Shown: positions 11,287-21,400 of the stretch, piece by piece
How the letters are laid out: each line of letters begins with the position of its first letter
How positions within the stretch are numbered: position 1 is the first letter of the stretch
From: Marinilabiliales bacterium
GTDB lineage: Bacteria; Bacteroidota; Bacteroidia; Bacteroidales; F082
Direction: 5' to 3'
Assembly (NCBI GenBank): GCA_963776205.1
Contig: CAVZLR010000003.1
Span: 108,366-172,365 of the forward strand
DNA length: 64,000 nt
Notes under the pieces: model-generated
What the model was told of the DNA's origin: nothing
Database searches by the model: none
Seen by the model: the letters and a program-made list of their open reading frames with translations, nothing else
Position numbers and translations under genes: made by a program

Positions 11287-11419
11287 AGGTAAAAGTTTTT
11301 AAGGATCAAAGATAATCTGAATATTACAAACAAGCTTGTATCTTTTAGAAAAGCACTAATTTTGGAGTGCTTCTATTCAGTAGATCAAAATTAAACATGA
11401 AATAATTTTTTAATATAAC

Positions 11420-11677
11420 ATGATCGTCATTGCCGGTGCCGGACATACCACTTCTGATAAATCTTTGCTAAACGAAGACAAACACTGTTTTCATTGCAAC
11501 AATACCAGCCAATGGATATTGCAAAAAACAAGACATTTCATCACCTTATTTTTTCTTCCGGTGGCTCCCTATAAAACAGAATACACGCTGTACTGCCCTA
11601 TTTGTGGTAATTCAGTAAAACTGGATAAAGAAAAATATGATCAAATGAAAATATCCAGTTCGCAGCCTTTTAAATAA
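11420..11677 (+). CDS. zinc-ribbon domain protein (two CxxC pairs flanking a hydrophobic segment)
   Basis: 85 aa with CFHCNN ... FITLFFLPVAP ... CPICGN. The function is unknown. Confidence 0.5.
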   Translation: MIVIAGAGHTTSDKSLLNEDKHCFHCNNTSQWILQKTRHFITLFFLPVAPYKTEYTLYCPICGNSVKLDKEKYDQMKISSSQPFK

Positions 11678-11687
11678 TATTTTTGAT

Positions 11688-12275
11688 ATGAAAAAAATCC
11701 TTTTAGTCATTACTTTATTATTATCTATATCCGCCATAGGACAAAACAAAGAAGACATGAAAACAGCACTGCTTATCATTGACATTCAGGAATTTTACTT
11801 CGTTGAAGGAAAATCACAATTGGTTAAACCTGAAGAGGCCAGCGAGCAGGCATCAAGAGTCCTTAAGGCTTTCAGGGATAAGAATGAACTGGTAGTCCAT
11901 ATCCGTCACGCTTCTTCCAAAGATTCTGCAATCCACACGAATGTAAAACCAGTAACCGGCGAAAAAATTATTACCAAGCATCATGTGAATAGCTACAAGG
12001 AAACTGATTTGTTGGACTATTTAAAACAAAACGAAATCACAGATGTGGTTATCTGCGGTATGATGACCCATGTTTGTGTTGAGGCTGCAGCCAGGGCATC
12101 AGCCGATTATGGTTTTAAGGTAACCGTTATCAGTGATGCCTGTGCCACAAGGAGTGTAACTTATGGTACAAACACTGTTCTGGCAAAAGATGTACACAAT
12201 TCAACACTAGCTACCATACAAAGTTATTATGGCTCTATCGTAACAGTTGATGAATTTCTGGAAAGTTCAGATTAG
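11688..12275 (+). CDS. isochorismatase-family cysteine hydrolase with N-terminal signal peptide
   Basis: Motifs ALLIIDIQEFYF, HIRH and VVICGMMTHVCVEAAARAS (catalytic Cys context). The N-terminus MKKILLVITLLLSISAIGQ looks like a signal peptide. Confidence 0.8.
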   Translation: MKKILLVITLLLSISAIGQNKEDMKTALLIIDIQEFYFVEGKSQLVKPEEASEQASRVLKAFRDKNELVVHIRHASSKDSAIHTNVKPVTGEKIITKHHVNSYKETDLLDYLKQNEITDVVICGMMTHVCVEAAARASADYGFKVTVISDACATRSVTYGTNTVLAKDVHNSTLATIQSYYGSIVTVDEFLESSD

Positions 12276-13870
12276 AACTTTTCATCATATTTAGTCCACA
12301 GAAAATCGCCCAATTTTATAGCCTTTTCCATTACCGTAATTCCTTTATTACCGGAATATTCTGTCAAATAAACTTTTGCCTTTTCCGGGTCTTTTTCATA
12401 TAATTCAAGCGCTTGCTGATCAATGGTTGGCAATTCATCGATGAATGATTTTTGCATGGGTACCCAAACAGCATCTACATCTTGATGCATATCGCCCCAG
12501 CGCTGAGCTGATAATGTGCCCAACCGGTTAAAAATCCACCAGGCTGATTCCAGCGTATATCCATTTACGCGTCCCGGAGTTTTATAATAATGGGGTAGAT
12601 CTGTAACACCGGCATATATCGGAACATAGATGGATGATGCAACATTATCCATGGCTAGCCATTCAACGCCTCCAATTTCATCTGGTAACCAATCTCTTAA
12701 TTGAATAATAGTGGCGTACATAGTATACCAGCGTGCAATGGTACGTTCGCCCAGCCAGCCCCAGCCGCCATTGATATTGTGTAATTTATTGGCATCATAA
12801 GGCATATGTGGATTGGCAAGTGGTGAAATAATTGTTTTGCCATCTTCATCCGTAACGGTTAAAGTTTTACGCATGTCGAAAGGCGTTCCCTGGTAATAAT
12901 CTTTAAAAACACTGATTATCTTTTCCATGGTAACAAGTGTATCAGGTTTTACAGAGAAAGGATAATTCTCCGCGTTCGGATCCAATTTTAAAGAGGGGGC
13001 TAACAGATCAAAAACGCGCCATTCTCTCCTGCGTGCAGCAAGCGATGTTCTGCTTTCCGGAGCATAGGCGTAGCAAAACTGAAAAGGTTCAAGTTCCGGA
13101 TCCCACCAACCATTTTCTTTGGCTACTTCAAAAATATTCTCTGAAGCCATAAAATAATCGGGTTTATCAAGATCGATTTCTTTGATAGTACTGGCATTGG
13201 CATTGACTCCAATATGTCCGTCAGGCACGCGTTGAGCAGCCCACACAGCACCCACTTTACCTTTTCCAGGCCCTACCACTTCAAAGTGCCATACTTCTTT
13301 TTTATCAGCTATTGTCAGGCACTCACCATAATCATTCCAGCCATACTTTTCAAGCAGTTCACCAGCCATTTTGATGGCGCCCCTGGCTGTTGTTTCTCTT
13401 TCCAGCATCAGTAAGCATAACCTCTGGCAATCAATAATTCCAGAATCGCTTTGCAGTTCATCCCTGCCACCAAAGGTAGATTCACCCATGGCCAGTTGTT
13501 TTTGATTCAGGCTTGGATATGCCGTATTGATATAGCCATATGTATTCTTTACCTGGGGAATTTCTCCCACTTTTTCATGTCCGTATGCAGGCATGGCGAG
13601 AGAATCATTCTGAACCCGCTTATACATAGGAACAACCGCATCTTGTGCGTGTTTTGCCGGGGGTATTATATCAATCCACGATCTTGTTCGGTGACTGTCA
13701 TCCGTATGCGATGTGATGACCGAACCGTCAACTGTGGCAAGTTTTCCAACTGTGATGGTAGTGCAACCTTCCGGAACCCCTCCCTGCCAATCGCTTTTAT
13801 CGGCGGTTTGCGACATTAGAATGAAAGGAATAACCGTTAATCCTAGAACTAATTTTAATACGTTTTTCAT
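12272..13870 (-). CDS. C69-family dipeptidase (secreted)
   Basis: Signal peptide followed by GCTTITVGKLATVDGSVITSHTDD (N-terminal nucleophile Cys context). The length and the SIYVPIY / ESAWWIFN regions are typical of peptidase C69. Confidence 0.8.
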   Translation of the reverse strand: MKNVLKLVLGLTVIPFILMSQTADKSDWQGGVPEGCTTITVGKLATVDGSVITSHTDDSHRTRSWIDIIPPAKHAQDAVVPMYKRVQNDSLAMPAYGHEKVGEIPQVKNTYGYINTAYPSLNQKQLAMGESTFGGRDELQSDSGIIDCQRLCLLMLERETTARGAIKMAGELLEKYGWNDYGECLTIADKKEVWHFEVVGPGKGKVGAVWAAQRVPDGHIGVNANASTIKEIDLDKPDYFMASENIFEVAKENGWWDPELEPFQFCYAYAPESRTSLAARRREWRVFDLLAPSLKLDPNAENYPFSVKPDTLVTMEKIISVFKDYYQGTPFDMRKTLTVTDEDGKTIISPLANPHMPYDANKLHNINGGWGWLGERTIARWYTMYATIIQLRDWLPDEIGGVEWLAMDNVASSIYVPIYAGVTDLPHYYKTPGRVNGYTLESAWWIFNRLGTLSAQRWGDMHQDVDAVWVPMQKSFIDELPTIDQQALELYEKDPEKAKVYLTEYSGNKGITVMEKAIKLGDFLWTKYDEKF

Positions 13871-13878
13871 GTGCTAAA

Positions 13879-14328
13879 TTATTTATACCATTCAAAGAGT
13901 TTATAATGTTCGCCATCCATTCCGACGGCTTTATAGGTCGCTATCGCTGATTCATTTTCAGTATCGACATACAATTTAAGACCGGCAATAGTTTCATCAT
14001 TTTGAACCATTTCCTGAATGGTATCGTACATTTTTCGGAAAACTCCTATTCCACGTTTTTCTGGTAAAACATAAACGGATTGAATCCAAATGAACCACTG
14101 GTTGCGCCAGTCGCTCCATTCATTTGTTAACAGAGTAGAGGCTATGACTTGCTGATCTTCTACTGCTACAAAGTATTTTCCTTTTGAAGGATCGCGAAAA
14201 ACACCAAGCACGCCTTCCTCTACTGTTTTTTCATCTAAATGTAAGTCTTCTGTTTCCAATGCCATCTTCAATTGAAAATTCGCAATTACATCTTTATCTT
14301 CCTCCGTTGCTAATCTAATTTGAACCAT
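13879..14328 (-). CDS. GNAT family N-acetyltransferase
   Basis: Acetyl-CoA binding motif VLPEKRGIGVFRKMYDTI. The likely start is MVQIRLATEED at 14328. The longer track start at 14361 would overlap the purF promoter. Confidence 0.8.
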   Translation of the reverse strand: MVQIRLATEEDKDVIANFQLKMALETEDLHLDEKTVEEGVLGVFRDPSKGKYFVAVEDQQVIASTLLTNEWSDWRNQWFIWIQSVYVLPEKRGIGVFRKMYDTIQEMVQNDETIAGLKLYVDTENESAIATYKAVGMDGEHYKLFEWYK

Positions 14329-14337
14329 CTTTTTTAA

Positions 14338-14345
14338 TACTTTTG
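14338..14345 (+). promoter_or_regulatory. -7 promoter element (TACTTTTG) for purF
   Basis: Matches TAnnTTTG and lies 39 nt upstream of the purF ATG, in the divergent intergenic region. Confidence 0.4.
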
Positions 14346-14383
14346 CCCGTACACAGAACAAAAATAAACATTCTGGTATTCCG

Positions 14384-16285
14384 ATGAGCGACAGACTTAC
14401 ACATGAGTGTGGAATTGCATTGATCAGGTTGTTAAAACCACTTGAATTTTATCTCGCCAAATACGGAACTTCTGTGTATGGATTGCAGAAATTACACCTC
14501 TTACTTCAAAAACAGCACAATCGAGGGCAGGATGGCGCCGGTATAGCTGAAGTAAAATTGGATTTGCCTCCCGGGAAACGTTACATCAACCGGGTCCGTT
14601 CCAATGAAAGTTCTCCGATCAAATCTTTATTTAATGAGGTGTATGATAATTTACAGAAGGCAACTAAAGACAATCCCAAACGTCTTTCCGATCCCAGTTG
14701 GCTGAAAAACAATGCTGACTTTACCGGGGAGTTATTCTTGGGCCATTTGCGATACGGAACTTTCGGAGGTCATAGTTTGTCCAGCCTTCACCCGATGGTC
14801 CGCGAAAACAACTGGAAAACAAGAAGCCTGGTGTTAGCCGGAAATTTTAATATGACCAATAACAGCGAATTGTTTCAAACCCTTGTTGATATCGGGCAAT
14901 ACCCTGTTGAAACTTCTGATACAGTTACAGTATTAGAAAAAATTGGCCATTATCTTGATGAAGAAAATGAACGGCTTTATCGTTCTTTTAAAGAAGAAGG
15001 GTTTACCAAAGTAGAGACAACAGGAAAAATCATCCAGGAATTGGATGTGTTGAAAATTCTTGAAAAAGCGGCTAAAAGATGGGATGGCGGCTATGTAATC
15101 GGTGGACTTTTCGGACATGGCGATTCATTCATCATGCGCGATCCTAATGGTATCAGGCCGGCATTTTATTATATAGATGATGAAGTGATTGTAGCTGCCT
15201 CGGAAAGACCGGTAATCCAAACCGCATTTAATGTTCCTGTAGCGGAAGTAAAAGAACTTGAACCAGGAAATGCTTTGATTATCAAAAAAGACGGATCTTC
15301 TCACTTATCCCGATTCGCTAAAAAGCAAACTATTAAGCCATGTTCTTTCGAACGAATTTATTTCTCACGGGGTACAGATAAAGACATTTACCAGGAACGA
15401 AAAAGACTTGGTGCATATTTAGCACCGGCTATCCTGGAGGAGATAAGTTATGATTTCAATAAAACTGTTTTTTCCTTTATCCCCAATACGGCATCAGTTG
15501 CCTTCCAAGGATTACTGGATGAAATACATGGTTTTAATGACCGGCTTATACAGGAAGAAATTGTGAAATCGAAATCAGCTATTTCAAAAGATAAGCTACA
15601 ACAATTATTTGCTTTTAAACCACGTGTTGAAGCTATTGCGGTGAAGGATGCCAAACTCAGGACTTTTATAACCGCTGACAAACAGCGTGATGACCTTGTA
15701 GCCCATGTGTATGATGTAACCTATGGCATTATCAATGAGGATGAGGATACTATTGTTGTTATTGATGATTCTATTGTAAGAGGAACTACTTTAAAAAAGA
15801 GTATCATCACCATGCTTGACAGGCTGCACCCTAAAAAGATTGTTGTTGCTTCTTCGGCACCGCAAATCCGGTATCCTGATTGTTATGGTATTGATATGGC
15901 GCGATTAAATGATTTCATTGCATTTAAAGCAGCCATAGCATTGTTAAAAGAAACGCAGCAAGACCATATTATCAATGACGTTTATAAAAAGTCGAAAGCA
16001 CAGGAGAACTTACCAAAAGAAGAGATTATCAATCACGTAAAAGAAATTTATAAACCTTTTACTGCCCAGCAGATTTCAGATAAAATAGGTGAACTGGTAA
16101 AAGCAGCTTCTGTACAGGCAGAAATCAAAATCATTTATCAAAGTATTGAAAACCTGCACAAGGCCATTCCAAACCATACAGGTGACTGGTATTTTACCGG
16201 TGATTATCCCACCCCTGGCGGAAATAAAGTAGTCAATCAGTCATTTATCAATTACATTGAAGGTAACAATGTAAGGGCTTATTAA
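14384..16285 (+). CDS. purF: amidophosphoribosyltransferase (long Bacteroidetes-type, class II glutamine amidotransferase)
   Basis: N-terminal nucleophile context (THECGIALIRL), NRGQDGAGIA, and the PRTase motif VVIDDSIVRGTTLK. Confidence 0.9.
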   Translation: MSDRLTHECGIALIRLLKPLEFYLAKYGTSVYGLQKLHLLLQKQHNRGQDGAGIAEVKLDLPPGKRYINRVRSNESSPIKSLFNEVYDNLQKATKDNPKRLSDPSWLKNNADFTGELFLGHLRYGTFGGHSLSSLHPMVRENNWKTRSLVLAGNFNMTNNSELFQTLVDIGQYPVETSDTVTVLEKIGHYLDEENERLYRSFKEEGFTKVETTGKIIQELDVLKILEKAAKRWDGGYVIGGLFGHGDSFIMRDPNGIRPAFYYIDDEVIVAASERPVIQTAFNVPVAEVKELEPGNALIIKKDGSSHLSRFAKKQTIKPCSFERIYFSRGTDKDIYQERKRLGAYLAPAILEEISYDFNKTVFSFIPNTASVAFQGLLDEIHGFNDRLIQEEIVKSKSAISKDKLQQLFAFKPRVEAIAVKDAKLRTFITADKQRDDLVAHVYDVTYGIINEDEDTIVVIDDSIVRGTTLKKSIITMLDRLHPKKIVVASSAPQIRYPDCYGIDMARLNDFIAFKAAIALLKETQQDHIINDVYKKSKAQENLPKEEIINHVKEIYKPFTAQQISDKIGELVKAASVQAEIKIIYQSIENLHKAIPNHTGDWYFTGDYPTPGGNKVVNQSFINYIEGNNVRAY

Positions 16286-16378
16286 GCACTTTCTTTATAA
16301 GACCTTATTGATTTTTGCGGCAATTTCTAAGAAATTCTTCATTTTCAAGTGACAATTTCGGGACTATCGAAATTCATA

Positions 16379-16691
16379 TCACTCGACTTTATTGATTGGG
16401 ATTAAATGAATGTGCGCATGAGGTACATCCAGTCCAAATACAATAATCCCTATTCGTTTGCAGGGTATCACAGTTTCAATGGCTTTTCCAACTTTTTTTA
16501 GCAAATGCAAACAGCTCTTTATAAAGTGTGTCTTCAACATCAAAAATGTAGTCAACTTCTTTTTTAGGGATTACAAGGGTATGTCCTTTTGCCAGCGGAT
16601 TGATATCGAGAAACGCATAAAAATCGTTGTTCTCAGCAATTTTATAGGATGGTATTTCTCCTTTAACTATTCGTGTGAATATAGATGCCAT
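16379..16691 (-). pseudogene. HIT (histidine triad) family protein, split by a 1-nt shift in an A7/T7 run
   Basis: The track ORF gives MASIFTRIVKGEIPSYKIAEN...LAKGHTLVIPKK and then stops (KKSWKSH*). Removing one A from the run at 16493..16499 gives AKKVGKAIETVIPCKRIGIIVFGLDVPHAHIHLIPINKVE*, which contains the HxHxHxx histidine triad. Confidence 0.85.
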
Positions 16692-16759
16692 AAAAACAGG
16701 TTTTGTTCTTTTCAAAAGTACAAAACATGCTTATTAAATGTCAATATGAATGAATGAAA

Positions 16760-17233
16760 TTATCTGGTTACTTCAATAACCTCAAATGGGATGGTGCCTG
16801 CCGGGACAACAATATCAACTTTATCACCTACTTTTTTACCAAGTAAGCCTTTGGCCATTGGTGATCCAACGGATATTCTTCCTTTTTTCAAATCCGCTTC
16901 TTCTTCCGGAACCAGTGTATACTTCATGGAAGTATTGCTTTTCAGATTCTTTATCGTTACCGTTGACAATAGCAATACTTTTGAACTATCCATTTTCGAT
17001 TCATCAATAATTCTGGCATTCCGTAATTTTTCCTGAATTTTTGATATTTTCAATTCAAGTAATCCCTGAGCTTCTTTAGCAGCATCATACTCAGCGTTTT
17101 CAGATAGATCTCCTTTATCTCTTGCTTCTGCTATTTGTTTAGAAATATTTGGCCTTTCAACTTTTAGCAGTTGATCAAGCTCTTCACGTAATTTCTTTAA
17201 TCCTTCTTCAGTAAAATACTTCGCCTCCGACAT
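16760..17233 (-). CDS. greA: transcription elongation factor GreA
   Basis: 157 aa with a coiled-coil N-terminus (ARDKGDLSENAEYDAAKEAQ) and a C-terminal FKBP-like domain (ISVGSPMAKGLLGKKVGD). Confidence 0.95.
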   Translation of the reverse strand: MSEAKYFTEEGLKKLREELDQLLKVERPNISKQIAEARDKGDLSENAEYDAAKEAQGLLELKISKIQEKLRNARIIDESKMDSSKVLLLSTVTIKNLKSNTSMKYTLVPEEEADLKKGRISVGSPMAKGLLGKKVGDKVDIVVPAGTIPFEVIEVTR

Positions 17234-17253
17234 GATTTTATTGTTACTAAGTT

Positions 17254-17292
17254 AAAAAAAGAGAAAAAGACCCCTAAAGTGAATTAAGGGTC
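17254..17292 (-). terminator. intrinsic-terminator-like hairpin plus U-tract inside the greA leader
   Basis: On the minus strand, GACCCTTAA-loop-TTAGGGGTC (plus-strand arms 17269..17277 / 17284..17292, one mismatch) is followed by TTTTTCTCTTTTTTT. It lies between the promoter motif at 17309..17316 and the greA ATG at 17233. Confidence 0.55.
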
Positions 17293-17308
17293 CGTTATAC
17301 TAAGGCTG

Positions 17309-17338
17309 CAAAGATATAAAGAAAACCTTTACAGTCAA
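17309..17338 (-). promoter_or_regulatory. strong Bacteroidetes promoter (TTG ... TATCTTTG) for greA
   Basis: The minus strand reads TTGAC-N17-TATCTTTGCAGCC. The 13-mer TATCTTTGCAGCC is identical to the one at the tRNA-Asn promoter. Confidence 0.55.
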
Positions 17339-17345
17339 TTATTTA

Positions 17346-18452
17346 TCAGAAATTAAAAATGATTCCTAAGGTATGGTTATTATTAAATGCCGCAGTTTCT
17401 CTAAATGCATAATCAATTCCAATAAATGAACCTTTTTCTTTGTTCAATGGTAACGCTACACTCACTCCTACACTCAAACCATTATTAATATTGGTATTTT
17501 CATCACTTGTAGTTTCTTCGAACATACCATTTTCGTATGTGTAACCACCCCTGACCATAAAATAGTCTTTTAAGCTAAATTCCAGACCTAATGAAAACTG
17601 GTCGCGCGTAAATGAATTCGACACAAAATTTCCAGCAAGTGTAATCCTGTAATCTTTAGGCATTAAAAAGTCATATGCAGCACCTATCTGCAATTGGGTT
17701 GGTAAATTAAATGGCTGTGAACGCTGCTCTAAGGTAAATGCATTATCTTGTCCTGGAATGAATGATTTTATTGATAATCCATCACCAGAAAATTTCATTT
17801 TCGGACCTACATTTTTTAATGCGATACCGAATGCTATTTGTTCTTGAGCTCCGGTAACATATTGAATACCTGCGTCAATTGCAATTCCAAAAGCATTTAC
17901 GTCAGCAATTGATTCTGATACTCCTTTAATTAAAATACCTCCATAAATACTATTTGAAAATGCTTTACCATATGATAAGGATACATTCATCAGATTCGGT
18001 TTATAAACTCCAAGTCCGCCTTCCGGGCTATCAGTTGTAGTAATTTCAATTTCACCAAATGACATTGAAACAACCTGAATACCAATAGCTCCAGCATCTC
18101 CGATTTTTGTTGTTAATCCAAACGCGGCAATACTTGTGCCTGTTCCTTTCAGGTAATCGGTATAAGAAAGGATTACCTGGGTTCCGCTTATTTTAGCGGT
18201 TCCGGCAACATTAGCAAACATGGCTTCCAAACCATTTACCCTTGCCATATTTGCACCGCCCCAGCCATTACTTCTGGCCCAGGGATTTATCAGTAGTTCA
18301 GATGCCCCGGCTTGTCCAGACCTATCTTTATTACCCGCATTGAGCGACAGCGATAAGGGGATTACTAATACTGTGATCAAAACAACGCTTAGATATTTAT
18401 AATAATGTTTCATGATCAAATATGGTTTATTTCTTTTTATCTTATTTGTCAT
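17346..18452 (-). CDS. PorV/PorQ-family (FadL-like) outer-membrane beta-barrel protein
   Basis: Signal peptide (probable start MKHYYKYL at 18410). The N-terminal motif GQAGASELLINPWARSNGWGGANMARVNGLEAMFANVAGTA fits the PorV/PorQ pattern (FLxIxPxARxxxMGGA...NPAG). It has an alternating beta-strand pattern and an aromatic C-terminus (GIIFNF). Confidence 0.6.
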   Translation of the reverse strand: MTNKIKRNKPYLIMKHYYKYLSVVLITVLVIPLSLSLNAGNKDRSGQAGASELLINPWARSNGWGGANMARVNGLEAMFANVAGTAKISGTQVILSYTDYLKGTGTSIAAFGLTTKIGDAGAIGIQVVSMSFGEIEITTTDSPEGGLGVYKPNLMNVSLSYGKAFSNSIYGGILIKGVSESIADVNAFGIAIDAGIQYVTGAQEQIAFGIALKNVGPKMKFSGDGLSIKSFIPGQDNAFTLEQRSQPFNLPTQLQIGAAYDFLMPKDYRITLAGNFVSNSFTRDQFSLGLEFSLKDYFMVRGGYTYENGMFEETTSDENTNINNGLSVGVSVALPLNKEKGSFIGIDYAFRETAAFNNNHTLGIIFNF

Positions 18453-18460
18453 TTTATCGG

Positions 18461-21400
18461 CTAAAATGTATTTAAGTCAGGTACTCTCATTATACAGAAC
18501 CATTTAATTACACGCTCTCCCTGATCTGATACCGTGTGAATATAATAAACACCACCTGAAATGGGTACTGAAGCAAAGTTCTTTAAATCCCACTCTATTG
18601 TAGTTTCTGGTGTATCCTTTTTAAATTGCTTTACTTTTGTACCGCTCACATTGTAAATAGTCACAGTACATTTCTCAGGCAAATTAGTGATCTTGATCCT
18701 TGTATCCAACGGATTATTTTCATATGATGAATATGCATAATAAGGGTTAGGTACTATATTAATTTCGTCCAGATCAGTCTCTAACTTTTGCGGATCATTG
18801 TATTCTGTAGATAATCCTTCCATTGAAAATTCATACATTGGATAATAATTATTTACATCTATTCCAGGATATACAGTGTCTACGGGAACCTGAGCATAAC
18901 CACTCTGATATGGTTTGCTTACCCTGATTCGAACTTTCGCTTCGTTCGCTAACCAATCAACCCCTTTAACACCCATCGGCATTCCGGCATACATAATATT
19001 CGCAAAGAAATAATTTGTAAGGAATGTTAAAGGTTGTTCAAAAATAGTGTCAAGTGTGGATACATTATATCTGCCAGCATCGTAGGCAGGAGAATTAAAC
19101 TGTATATTTAATCCGCCTTCAGTTACAGCTAGTGTATTATGATTCATAATGTATACAAAGTGTTTACCCCCCATAACAGGTGTAAAGGAAATAGTGTCTT
19201 TAATAATATTTGGATCCTGATACTGGTATTCTAAATCCAGATTTTTCCCTGGAGGATTGAATTGCATGTCCCTTCCATTTTCAGCAACGAGATATGAATC
19301 TTCTCCATACATAATATTTAACCGTTCGCCAGTTTCAACATTAATGGCATATCCCGGGAACCATCCCATACCATGATCACTTATATAATTAGCTGCCTCA
19401 GGATTATCACTTGGACCCGAACCAATTGTAGCGTAATTTCCACCCTTATCAATTGATGGGGATTTCCTTAATTCAAATCTCCTTGCATTTCCTTCAGCTA
19501 AAGCAGGTTCAAAACTCATCTCTAATACTGCAGCTCTGGTCCACTGAGATTGGTCTGGTGTAAACACAATATCAACGCTGGCAATGGATTTTAGTCTCGA
19601 ATAAAACTTTGAGTAATAGCTATAACCCGGGCCAAAAATACTTTGAATTCCATCTCCGGTAAACGTGTTTCCAAAAGAGGTCATAGAATAAGGAGCCCAT
19701 GTTCCATTCAATAACTTCTCATAATCCTCGTTCGGATCCCACGGATTATCTGGTGAACTACCCATTCTCCAGTCATTACCTTGTGGAAGCTCATCGCTTT
19801 TTACAATCCCTGACCTAATCCAGTCCAAAGGATAGCCTGGAATGTCTTCATCAAACACTCCACTCAACCACCGCTGTGAACTATCTGAATATTCAATTGA
19901 AGCATTTATAATACCATTATTAGGAGCCAAAATTGCACTTGCTGTTTTAAGGCTATTATCAACTTCAATTTTCCCAACGGCAATTGGACCTGGGTTGAAG
20001 GGTTGTATAACATTGATTGAAATTCCTAACTCAGGGAATAGCACTTCATCTTCAACAATAATTGTTGTATCAGTTTCATATATTTCACCACTGGTATGAT
20101 CAAGAAGATACCATTTGCTCACATATTTACTGGCTGTATCACCCTGGATCGTAGGATCGCCGGTAAGATTATAAACTGTAACAGGTTTCAGGGTATCCAT
20201 CCACCATGTATAAGTTGTATTCACAACATTTAACGGATCAATTACTTTTATGTTCAGTGGTCCGGAATTTTCCTTATAAACAGGGTTATAAGCAATTGGA
20301 TAATCAGGAGACCCGAATAAATTATCAGGTCCTGCTGGTGGTTTTGAAAGAATTTCATTAATCGTTTCATCAGTAAGATCTAAATATAATCCTCCATTAC
20401 CATTACCTGCTATTCTTGTAATTTTAGGGCTTTCACCATAATTACCATTAATTACAGTTCCATTCACCGTATAATGCGGCATGGCACTATAAGTCTTTAT
20501 ATTCTTCCTACCAGATAGAAAAGGAATCTTTTGTCCCAAATACCCATCAGGGTCCGGGCTGTAAGGGTAATACTCATTATAGGCATAAGCTAATGCCATA
20601 TAATAATATACCTTATTATTAATTAGCCTTACGTCATCAGTAGCAAAAGCATCCTGTGTAATTACAAAAGAGTGTTGTATTCCATCATCAGCACCCTCTA
20701 CCTCAACTACTGGCACATTACCATTTATATACTCATCATAATAGTAGTTAACAAGTTTGCTTACTCCATTGTCAATATCAAATTGAGCTACAATTCTAAC
20801 CAAGTCGGGATCGTGCAAGCTTTCAACACCTACCGATGCATCTTTAAGCTGGAATATCTGGTAGCCTTCAAACCTGTATATTGAATCACTTCTTATCTCA
20901 CCATCCGGGTCGCCCGGCCAGGGTTGATAAATATTTGGATCATATTCCGTGTATTTCTCCTGGTAATTGTTTGATGAAGGAGAATTAGAAATGTAAAATA
21001 TAAATTCTTTATCTAATTCCTGAATGGTTAAATCAGGAGCAGAAGGACCATCAATTACTTTAAAGCAGTTATCGAATAAAGCCTGGCATTTATCATCAAC
21101 TGTTCTTAACAAGTCAACTGAACTAAATGGTGCTCCGGCTGTTGCCCTTGCCCATGGAATTCCCACCGTAATATAATTTACGGCTCCTGGTTTCAATGTA
21201 AAAGGACCTGCTGATTGCATAAACCTTCTGTCTTCAGGAGGGTTTGGTGCGCCACCATCGCCGGTTTCCTCTGTCCAATAAAGTCCATTTTGAGTATATC
21301 CACCATTTGGTGGTTGCTGACCTGTTCCCCAGTTACAAGGGTCGGTATCGCCAGGAAACATAAAGTCACACTCAGGTCCTACGGTACCGGCTCCGCCTGC

